Assembly: GCA_051886175.1 (NCBI GenBank)
Contig: JBJEXV010000051.1
Coordinates: 11,239-75,238 of the forward strand
Direction: 5' to 3'
DNA length: 64,000 bases
Origin: Candidatus Coprovivens sp.
Lineage (GTDB): Bacteria; Bacillota_I; Bacilli_A; RF39; UBA660
How positions within the stretch are numbered: the stretch's first letter is position 1; every line of letters begins with the position of its first letter. A program made the position numbers and the translations under genes. Under the pieces are notes generated by a model, which did not search any database, was not told the DNA's origin, and saw only the letters and a program-made list of their open reading frames with translations. Below, one piece after another: positions 55,276 through 63,114 of the stretch.

Positions 55276-56472
55276 ATGAGATTTCAAGTCAAATATGATA
55301 AAAATAAAAGCTTAGAAGATTCAGTTTATGAAACTAAACAACAATTATATAAAGAACATAAATTAGAAGCATTATTCTTTGAAGTAACATCAAGATGTAA
55401 TGCAAGATGTGAACATTGTGGTAGTAGCTGTGGTGACTTTGTTCCAAAAGATGAAATGACATATGATGAAATAATCTCAGTAATGGACGATGTAGCAGAA
55501 CACTATAATCCAAAAGACATAATGTTTTTCTTTACAGGTGGAGAACCACTAGTTCGCAAAGATTTCTTTGAACTAACTGACTATGCAAACAAATTAGGAT
55601 TTGCATGGGGTATAACAACAAATGGAATGCTTATTGATGAAGAAACTGTTAAAAAAATGGTAGAAACAAACATGTATTCAGTATCAGTAAGTATCGATGG
55701 TTTAAAAGAAACACATGAAAAATTCAGAAAAGTACCAGGAAGCTTCGATAAAATTCTTAAAGGTATACAACTAATGCATGAAAGTAACGCAATTCCAGTT
55801 ATTCAAGTAACAACATGCGTTAACAAAAAGAATATTCATGAATTAGAAGAAATGCATAAACTAATGAAAAAAATTGGTATTAAAAACTGGCGTATTATAA
55901 CAGTTGACCCGATTGGAAGAGCTAAAGATAATGATGAATTATTATTAAGTCCAGAACAATATAAACAAGTATTCAATTTCATGTTAGAAAAAAGAATAGA
56001 AGATCCAGAAATGACAATCATGTATGGTTGCGGACACTATTGGGGCAACGTATTAAATACAATGTTAATTGGAACATTCTATACATGCTTTACTGGATAT
56101 TGGGTAGCAAGTATTTTAAGTAACGGAGATATCTTCGGATGTCCAGACATTGAAAGATTACCAGAATTAATCGAAGGTAATATTAGAAAAGATAAATTCT
56201 CAGATGTATGGGAAAATGGATTCAAAAGATATCGTAAAATTGATAGAACATGTAACGAAACATGTGCAGCGTGTCCTGATTGGAAAATATGTACAGGTGA
56301 TGCATTTCATACATGGGATTTCAAAAACAACAAACCTAACTTTTGTGCAAGAGAATTATATAAAGATGAATTTGCTAAAAGAGATGAACTAAGAGGAATA
56401 AAAACTGAAAAATCAGTTAAAAAAACAACAAAGAAATCAACAACTAAAAAAACAACAAAAACTAAAAAATAG
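55276..56472 (+). CDS. Radical SAM enzyme with C-terminal SPASM-type Cys cluster and Lys/Thr-rich tail
   Basis: CNARCEHC (CxxxCxxC) at 55396-55419, the GGEP motif FTGGEPLV, and the C-terminal CNETCAACPDWKICTG...FC. The tail is KKTTKKSTTKKTTKTKK. Confidence 0.88.
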   Translation: MRFQVKYDKNKSLEDSVYETKQQLYKEHKLEALFFEVTSRCNARCEHCGSSCGDFVPKDEMTYDEIISVMDDVAEHYNPKDIMFFFTGGEPLVRKDFFELTDYANKLGFAWGITTNGMLIDEETVKKMVETNMYSVSVSIDGLKETHEKFRKVPGSFDKILKGIQLMHESNAIPVIQVTTCVNKKNIHELEEMHKLMKKIGIKNWRIITVDPIGRAKDNDELLLSPEQYKQVFNFMLEKRIEDPEMTIMYGCGHYWGNVLNTMLIGTFYTCFTGYWVASILSNGDIFGCPDIERLPELIEGNIRKDKFSDVWENGFKRYRKIDRTCNETCAACPDWKICTGDAFHTWDFKNNKPNFCARELYKDEFAKRDELRGIKTEKSVKKTTKKSTTKKTTKTKK

Positions 56473-56497
56473 AGATTTATAAAAATCTCTTTTTTTA
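56471..56497 (+). terminator. Rho-independent terminator
   Basis: AGAGATTT / AAATCTCT followed by T6. Confidence 0.75.
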
Positions 56498-56505
56498 ATG
56501 TTACA

Positions 56506-56534
56506 TTGACTAAACTAACCTATAAAGTTATAAT
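56506..56534 (+). promoter_or_regulatory. Sigma-A type promoter (TTGACT-17 nt-TATAAT) of the 56574-60576 operon
   Basis: TTGACT at 56506-56511 and TATAAT at 56529-56534. Confidence 0.7.
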
Positions 56535-56573
56535 ATATAATATAGTAGAGTAATATATTAATGGAGTATAAAA

Positions 56574-57728
56574 ATGAAGAAAAGGGATAAAAAAAATATA
56601 TTTATATTCATATCATTATTAATATTTATCGTACTATATTCAACTATAATTTCCAAATATTGTATACAATATAGTAAAACAATAATTACTTCATTTATTT
56701 TAATTATTAGTTTTATAACTTCTAAATTATTAGGATACAAAAAAGATAAAACTAATAAATTAAAAAAGAGTATAGCAAAAATAATCATAATAGAATTAAT
56801 AATATTTTTTATAATTATATATGGTATTGGATTATTTACATCATTTAATAAACTACCATATACAATAAATATTATTAATATACTTAACAACTTATTACTA
56901 CCTATATTAATAATAATATTTAGTGAATTATTAAGATATATTATAATAAATGCTAATAAAGATAAGAACAAAGTAATAATAATTATAACTATATTATTAG
57001 CACTATTAGAAATAACAATTAATTTAAATAATTATACATTTAATAGTTTATCTAATGTATTCTTATTCATTACATCATGTATTCTACCTATATCAATAAA
57101 GAATATCGTAATGAGTTATTTAACATATCATATTGGATATAAAATACCTATAATGTATAGATTAATAAGTGAATTATATTTATATATAATTCCATATCAT
57201 CCAGCATTAGAAAATTATCTAAAATCCGTAGTAAATATTTGTTTACCATACTTAGTATACTTATACACATCACGTAAAATAAAAGAATACGAAAATGGTA
57301 CAGAAATAATATTAGCTAAATCATTATATAAAAGTACTGATTTAATAATATATGGAATTATAGCAATAATATTTATTCTAGTATCCGGAGTATTACCAAT
57401 ATATATGATGGGAATAGGTAGTGGTTCAATGGAACCAATTATATATAAAGGTGATGCAATAGTATTAACAAAAGTAAATAAAGATACTGAATTAGAATTA
57501 GAAGATATTATTGCATATGAAGATGAAAATGAAATTATCGTCCATCGTATAATACAAATAAATGATGATAATACCTATGTTACAAAAGGTGATAACAATA
57601 CAACAAGAGATCCATTAGATGTAAAACATAGTACAGTAAAAGGTAAAGTATTATTTAGAATACCATACTTAGCATATCCATCAATATGGTTTAGTGATAT
57701 GCTAGAAAGGGAAGATACAAATGAATAG
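56574..57728 (+). CDS. Fusion protein: about 255 aa polytopic membrane domain plus SipW/archaeal-type signal peptidase I
   Basis: About 7 hydrophobic segments, then a TM anchor and GSGSMEPIIYKGDAIVL (Ser codon at 57426-57428), VHRII (His) and KGDNNTTRD. 384 aa, compared with about 190 aa for typical SipW. Confidence 0.82.
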   Translation: MKKRDKKNIFIFISLLIFIVLYSTIISKYCIQYSKTIITSFILIISFITSKLLGYKKDKTNKLKKSIAKIIIIELIIFFIIIYGIGLFTSFNKLPYTINIINILNNLLLPILIIIFSELLRYIIINANKDKNKVIIIITILLALLEITINLNNYTFNSLSNVFLFITSCILPISIKNIVMSYLTYHIGYKIPIMYRLISELYLYIIPYHPALENYLKSVVNICLPYLVYLYTSRKIKEYENGTEIILAKSLYKSTDLIIYGIIAIIFILVSGVLPIYMMGIGSGSMEPIIYKGDAIVLTKVNKDTELELEDIIAYEDENEIIVHRIIQINDDNTYVTKGDNNTTRDPLDVKHSTVKGKVLFRIPYLAYPSIWFSDMLEREDTNE

Positions 57729-58650
57729 AGAAATTAAACTTAGTTTATTATCAATAACAGGAATTATTTTTGTAGTAGGAACTATATTCTTATTAGGAAG
57801 TGATTATTCTTCATACGCTATTCTTACAGCAACAGTAGCAGTAATCTTAGTAGCATATGCCGTTATTTATTATAATGAATCAAAAGATAACTATTCTATT
57901 TATAGAAACAAACTAAGAAGAATAATAAATACATATGATTCAATATTAGTAAAAAGTGAAAAACTTCCAGAATTAGCTGATCATAATATTATAAGAGTTG
58001 CTTCCATGGAAGATCTTGTATATGCCCAAATGGTAATTAAAAAACCAATATACTTTTATGAAGAAGAAAAGAGTTGTTCATTCGTCCTTATCGATGATAA
58101 AGAAATATGTGTATATATTGTAAAAGCAAACAACGACGATATAACAGCTACTGAAATACTAATCGACGAAATAAGAAGACAACCAACAAAAATAAATATT
58201 GACCATTCAATACTAGACGATATTGAAAATACTACAATTATTAAATTAGATAATTGTAAAACGTATAAAGTATCTCCAGTAAGACCAAAAAAAGAAAAAG
58301 AATATATCAAAGATATTACTCAAGTATTTGAAGCAATCAACTATAAAAATGCTGAAATAAAAGAAGATGTATTCATTGAAATAGAGCCAAAGAAAAAGAA
58401 AAAAAATAAAGAAGAACAAAAAGTTAATCTTACTGAAGTAGAAGAAAAAATCGATGAACTAGTAGAATTAAGTAATACAAAAGTTTTAGATATTATTGAA
58501 TTAGAACCAGTTGATACTGATTCAGTAAAAAAAGTAGAAGAAAAAAAAGAACAAGAAAAAGAAGAAAAAGCTACTAAACAAAAAAAGAAAAAAAACAATA
58601 AAAAAAATAATTCTAAAACTAATCAAAAACAAGCGACAAATAAAAAATAA
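57721..58650 (+). CDS. Two-TM membrane protein with cytoplasmic domain and Lys/Glu-rich tail (DUF5305-like?)
   Basis: It overlaps the peptidase gene by 8 nt. The TM segments are LSLLSITGIIFVVGTIFLL and AILTATVAVILVAYAVIY. The segment NIIRVASMEDLVYAQMVIKKPIYFY resembles SipW-associated DUF5305; this is from memory only. Confidence 0.55.
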   Translation: MNREIKLSLLSITGIIFVVGTIFLLGSDYSSYAILTATVAVILVAYAVIYYNESKDNYSIYRNKLRRIINTYDSILVKSEKLPELADHNIIRVASMEDLVYAQMVIKKPIYFYEEEKSCSFVLIDDKEICVYIVKANNDDITATEILIDEIRRQPTKINIDHSILDDIENTTIIKLDNCKTYKVSPVRPKKEKEYIKDITQVFEAINYKNAEIKEDVFIEIEPKKKKKNKEEQKVNLTEVEEKIDELVELSNTKVLDIIELEPVDTDSVKKVEEKKEQEKEEKATKQKKKKNNKKNNSKTNQKQATNKK

Positions 58651-58683
58651 TATAGTATTATTAATGTAGAGAGTGGTGAAACG

Positions 58684-59616
58684 ATGACAGAACTAACTAG
58701 AGAAATCATAAAATTAATGTCACAAGGAAAATCACTTAACGAAGTTAAAGCAATACTAAATTTACCAGATCAAATGTTTTTGAGTGCAATAAAAACAATC
58801 CGTTCGAGTTATCAAAATTATAAACGTGAGTTTCTTGATAACGGAACGGTTTTTTATTTACCTGAAGAACCTAAACTTGAATTACCACCTAATAAAATTC
58901 AGTTAATATCAACACAAGAAACATTCAGAGCAATATTCATTTCTGACTTACATTGTGGTAATAAAAAAGATAGATTAGATTTATTAAATGATGTATATGA
59001 ATATGCCATTAAACATGGAATACATATAATAGTTAATACTGGTGATGTATTAGAAAACATTTATTCCTTACCACCAAGACAACTAAAACAAAAAACATTA
59101 GAAGGACAAATAAATAGCTTAGTACGTAACCACCCATATTCACCTGATATCATAAACTTAGTACTATATGGAAATCATGACCATCGTGCTCTTATAGATC
59201 AAGGACTCGATGTTGCATCAATAATTGAACAAGAAAGATATGATTTAGTATCACTTGGATATGGCGAAGCATTCATTCAAACTAAAGACGATGAAATAGC
59301 ATTACAACACAATATTGGTAATACAAGACATACACCAATACCAGTAGGACCAAAAGTAATATTTAAAGGTCATTCTCATAAAATGAAATATAATTTAAAA
59401 AAAGGCCAAGCAGTTATCAATGTACCTGCTTTATCAGATGCCACTCCTGAAAATTATGAATATCCACATTCTAAAGGATTCCTAGATGTTGAAATAACAT
59501 TTAAAGATGATAATAAAATGGATAAAGTATATATAAAACAATTCGTTATAGACAAACAATTAACAATAGCTAGTGAATTTACATTAGCCCTTCGTAGAAA
59601 AGAATATAACCAATAA
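58684..59616 (+). CDS. Metallophosphoesterase (calcineurin-like) with N-terminal winged-HTH-like domain, paralog 1
   Basis: FISDLHCG, NTGDV, YGNHD and KGHSH motifs. The first 60 or so aa look like a BirA-type wHTH. Confidence 0.82.
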   Translation: MTELTREIIKLMSQGKSLNEVKAILNLPDQMFLSAIKTIRSSYQNYKREFLDNGTVFYLPEEPKLELPPNKIQLISTQETFRAIFISDLHCGNKKDRLDLLNDVYEYAIKHGIHIIVNTGDVLENIYSLPPRQLKQKTLEGQINSLVRNHPYSPDIINLVLYGNHDHRALIDQGLDVASIIEQERYDLVSLGYGEAFIQTKDDEIALQHNIGNTRHTPIPVGPKVIFKGHSHKMKYNLKKGQAVINVPALSDATPENYEYPHSKGFLDVEITFKDDNKMDKVYIKQFVIDKQLTIASEFTLALRRKEYNQ

Positions 59617-59628
59617 GGAGGAAATAAC

Positions 59629-60576
59629 ATGACTCAAAGAGCACGCTTAGTATTAGAATTACTAAAAGAAAACCATTCAGTAGATGAAATACAAAGTATT
59701 TTAAAACTAAATAATAGAGAGTTTAGTGATGCCTTAAAATACTTAAAAGATTATGGTTTTAATTTTACTAAGACATTTTATTCTGATGGTAAAGTAGTAA
59801 TAAAACCAAACAGGACTCTTAACTTTAATGAAAATAGTAAAAAAACTAGAATAGTAGTTAAAGATAGAATACTAAGAGTAATCTTTATTTCCGATTTACA
59901 TATTGGTTCAATATATGAAAGACCAGACCTGTTACGTATCGTATATAAATATGCCCAAGATCATGACATACATATAATTATAAATGCTGGTGATTTCGTT
60001 GAAGGTATATATCCAAATAGTAATCAACAATTACTAAATCACACTATAGAATCACAAGTAAAAAAAGTTCTACGTATCTATCCGCAATATCCAGGTATTA
60101 CAAATTTCATCCTATATGGTAACCATGATTATAAAAGTTTACAAGATGAAGGATTCGATGTTGCTCGTTACTTAGAAACAAGACGTTATGACTTAGTATC
60201 ACTTGGATATGGTGAAAGTATAATTCAATTAAAAGATGATGCTATATCTATAGTTCATGATTTAAAAAAATCATCGCATCCCAATACAAGCCAAGATGTT
60301 TCAATTACATTTAAAGGTCACTCACATAAATCCAAAAATAGCTTCAAAGAAGAAAAGAAAATATTTGTTCCAACCTTATCAGATGATATTTCCGGGCCAT
60401 ATGAATATCGTCCATTACCATGCTTCTTAGAAGCAGTATTTACATTCTATGATAAAAAAATAGAACGAATTAACTTACGTCAATTAGCTATCGTAAATGA
60501 AGAAATAAGACTAGCTAATGAAGAAGCAATGGTCCTTCGTAAAGTAGATCGACCAAATAAAAAAAGACAAAATTAA
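59629..60576 (+). CDS. Metallophosphoesterase (calcineurin-like) with N-terminal winged-HTH-like domain, paralog 2
   Basis: FISDLHIG, NAGDF, YGNHD and KGHSH motifs. It is roughly 40-45% identical by eye to the upstream gene, including RYDLVSLGYGE. AAGGAGG RBS. Confidence 0.82.
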   Translation: MTQRARLVLELLKENHSVDEIQSILKLNNREFSDALKYLKDYGFNFTKTFYSDGKVVIKPNRTLNFNENSKKTRIVVKDRILRVIFISDLHIGSIYERPDLLRIVYKYAQDHDIHIIINAGDFVEGIYPNSNQQLLNHTIESQVKKVLRIYPQYPGITNFILYGNHDYKSLQDEGFDVARYLETRRYDLVSLGYGESIIQLKDDAISIVHDLKKSSHPNTSQDVSITFKGHSHKSKNSFKEEKKIFVPTLSDDISGPYEYRPLPCFLEAVFTFYDKKIERINLRQLAIVNEEIRLANEEAMVLRKVDRPNKKRQN

Positions 60577-60596
60577 ACAATATTTTGTCTTTTTTG
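60563..60596 (+). terminator. Rho-independent terminator of the four-gene unit
   Basis: AAAGACAAAAT / ATTTTGTCTTT followed by a T-run. Confidence 0.75.
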
Positions 60597-60653
60597 CTTG
60601 TTCTAAAAAAGTATAAAATATGATATCATAACTATATAGTAAAGAGTGATTGT

Positions 60654-62006
60654 ATGAATAGAAAAAAGAAAGAAATTGTTCTTACTTTTTTAATCTGTAT
60701 AGGTTACTTAATAATACTTTTTATAAAGATAAGTACTAAAAATGAATTAACAGATATAGAAAAGAGTCAACAAGTAATATCAAAAATTGATGTATTATCA
60801 TATGATAAAGAACGTAAAGTAGTTCGTTTAACAGTAGATAGTCCTTTTGATTATGAAGAATGTACTTTAAATGTAATACAATCACAATATTCTGAATACG
60901 TTAAAAAAGATAATTATGGATGTGAAATATATGCACCATTAGATAATGTATCTTATGTATACTTTAAAAATGAAGAAAAAATAACTGAACCAATCGAATT
61001 AAATGACTACTTAGTAGATATAGTAATTGATGAAATATTTTACTTACCACTTAATAATGAAATAAATATTAATGATGCCATTATTAAAGTAGGCGAACCA
61101 AATATTGATATAGTAATAAATGGAACTAGTGTCATCTTAGAAGATGGTATATTAAAAAATCCAACAGTAGGAATATCAACAATAGATATAAAATATAATG
61201 AAGAAATAGTTAAAACAATTACAATTTTTTCAACAAATACAATAGTTGATCGACCAACATCATTTAATGAACAAAAACCATATTTAGCTTGTAAACAATT
61301 TACGGAAGAAGAAGCTAACTTATTAGATAAAATCTTAGCTTATCAAATAGAACAAGCTGGTTATGGAACTAGAGCAGGAGCAGTAGAAGCAGCTCGCTTT
61401 CTTACATTATCCTTCCCGTATAGAGTTTCTTACTATTGGGAAAATGGTCGCTTATGGCCAAATGGAGCTAACTATGTAGATGGTGAAGGAAGATATTACC
61501 ATAAAGGATTATACTTAAGTGAATCCAAATATTCATCTTTAGCAGCTACAATAAGTGGACCACAAATGTGGGGCTGTAAAATGACAAACTGGGAAGATGA
61601 TGAACCATTCTTTACACGTGGTAAAAAATATCCAAACGGATTAGACTGTTCTGGATTTATATCATGGGTACTATTAAATGGTGGATTCGATGTTGGAGAC
61701 AAAGGAGCAGGTAATAGTGGATATCGTCATGAACTAAGTGACTTAGGTGAATTTACTCAACTAACACAATCCCTAATTAACTCCGACACAATTAAAGTAG
61801 GCGACCTAATGAGTATGCCTGGACACATCGCAATCATTATTGGTATAGATGATGAAAACTATTATGTAGCAGAATCATTAAACAACCTAGGTGGTATAAA
61901 GATGGTAACTTATTCTAAAAAGAATGTTAATCGTACATTTACACATGTAGTCCTAATGGATAAAGTATATATTAATGATGGTAACTTAACTAATATGTGG
62001 TATTAA
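60654..62006 (+). CDS. Secreted or membrane-anchored NlpC/P60-family cell-wall peptidase
   Basis: N-terminal TM segment. The C-terminal GLDCSGFISWVL (Cys) and PGHIAIIIG (His) are typical of NlpC/P60. Confidence 0.82.
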   Translation: MNRKKKEIVLTFLICIGYLIILFIKISTKNELTDIEKSQQVISKIDVLSYDKERKVVRLTVDSPFDYEECTLNVIQSQYSEYVKKDNYGCEIYAPLDNVSYVYFKNEEKITEPIELNDYLVDIVIDEIFYLPLNNEININDAIIKVGEPNIDIVINGTSVILEDGILKNPTVGISTIDIKYNEEIVKTITIFSTNTIVDRPTSFNEQKPYLACKQFTEEEANLLDKILAYQIEQAGYGTRAGAVEAARFLTLSFPYRVSYYWENGRLWPNGANYVDGEGRYYHKGLYLSESKYSSLAATISGPQMWGCKMTNWEDDEPFFTRGKKYPNGLDCSGFISWVLLNGGFDVGDKGAGNSGYRHELSDLGEFTQLTQSLINSDTIKVGDLMSMPGHIAIIIGIDDENYYVAESLNNLGGIKMVTYSKKNVNRTFTHVVLMDKVYINDGNLTNMWY

Positions 62007-62048
62007 ACAAATTAGTATAGTATAATAACAATGCAAAGGAGAATTAAC

Positions 62049-63077
62049 ATGAAGTACGACTTATATGACTTTGATGGCACAATCTACGATGGTGACTCAG
62101 GAGTAGACTTAGTTAAATTTGCAATCAAAAAGAATCCAAAATTTTTATTAAAATTCCCAAAAATAATTTGGTATACTATAAAATTCTTTTTAAACATTGT
62201 TACAAAAGAAGAAACTAAAAATGTAATCTTTTCATTCTTAAAAGATGTAGAAGATCCAGATGCTTTCGTTAAAGAATTCTGGGAAAAACATGAACATAAA
62301 ATGAAACAATTTTGGATAGATAAAAAAGACCATAGCAAAGATATAATAATATCAGCATCTGGATACTTTTGGTTAAAACCAATTGCTGATAAATATAAAG
62401 TAAAAGATTTAATAGCAACTAATATCGATCCTAAAACAGGTGAAGTAATTGGTAAAAACTGTCATGGTAAACAAAAAGTAAAACTATTTTACGAATCATA
62501 TCCAAAAGATATTGTCGCAACAATGTATACTGATTCTGTAAATGATTTACCATTAATAGAAGAAGCAAAACAAGGATACTTAGTAAAAAAAGATGTTGTA
62601 ATGCCATACTATGATTACAAACCAGGTTTTATAACAAGAACATTCCGTGCTATAAAATCATTCTATAAAAAGAATAATGAAATATGTAACTACCTAGTAG
62701 TGGGAGCTATTACAGTATTAATATCAATTGCTATTAAATGGGGGTTATACTTTACTATATTAGATGTAAATGATACACTACAAGCTCAAATAGGTGTATG
62801 GATATCTTGGATAGTAGCAGTTATATTCGCTTATATAACTAATAGAACTATCGTATTTAAAAGCAAAAACAAAAAGATGTTAAAAGAATCATTAAAATTC
62901 CTAGGTTCAAGAATAGCAACTCTAGTAATTGAAATGGGTTTAACATACTTATTCTTCAATATACTTAATTTAACTACTAATGCATGGGTAATTGCCATTA
63001 CATTTATTATTCAAGTAATTGTAATAGTATTAAATTATATATTAAGTAAAATATTTGTATTTAAAAAAGAAGCGTAA
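62049..63077 (+). CDS. HAD-IB hydrolase domain fused to a GtrA-like 4-TM domain
   Basis: YDFDGTIYDGDS (DxDxT), a late TDSVNDLPL, then about 130 aa with 4 TM segments resembling GtrA. ATG 62049 follows AAAGGAG. Confidence 0.75.
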   Translation: MKYDLYDFDGTIYDGDSGVDLVKFAIKKNPKFLLKFPKIIWYTIKFFLNIVTKEETKNVIFSFLKDVEDPDAFVKEFWEKHEHKMKQFWIDKKDHSKDIIISASGYFWLKPIADKYKVKDLIATNIDPKTGEVIGKNCHGKQKVKLFYESYPKDIVATMYTDSVNDLPLIEEAKQGYLVKKDVVMPYYDYKPGFITRTFRAIKSFYKKNNEICNYLVVGAITVLISIAIKWGLYFTILDVNDTLQAQIGVWISWIVAVIFAYITNRTIVFKSKNKKMLKESLKFLGSRIATLVIEMGLTYLFFNILNLTTNAWVIAITFIIQVIVIVLNYILSKIFVFKKEA

Positions 63078-63090
63078 TTGCTTCTTTTTT
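63066..63090 (+). terminator. Rho-independent terminator
   Basis: AAAGAAGC / GCTTCTTT followed by a T-run. It is immediately followed by TGTTATAAT at 63090-63098. Confidence 0.75.
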
Positions 63091-63114
63091 GTTATAATGA
63101 TAATAGGTGATAAT

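Noticed and set aside
56558-56971. A 137-aa minus-strand ORF overlapping the start of the peptidase fusion gene
   Set aside because: It is extremely AT-rich and Ile/Asn/Leu-rich. It lies opposite a TM-rich coding region that has a good promoter and RBS on the + strand.
56574-57340. A CPBP- or exosortase-type assignment for the N-terminal membrane domain of the peptidase fusion
   Set aside because: SELLR (residues 117-121) and two His residues (186 and 209) vaguely recall the CPBP motifs, but the spacing (69 and 23 aa) does not fit the family and the first Glu is missing. The domain is left unassigned.
54396-60576. A complete type VII secretion locus or a RiPP biosynthetic cluster
   Set aside because: There is no FtsK/EssC ATPase, EsaA or EssB. 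There is no small precursor ORF, leader peptidase/transporter or RRE next to the radical SAM gene. The genes are separated by terminators. Only the individual oddities are reported.
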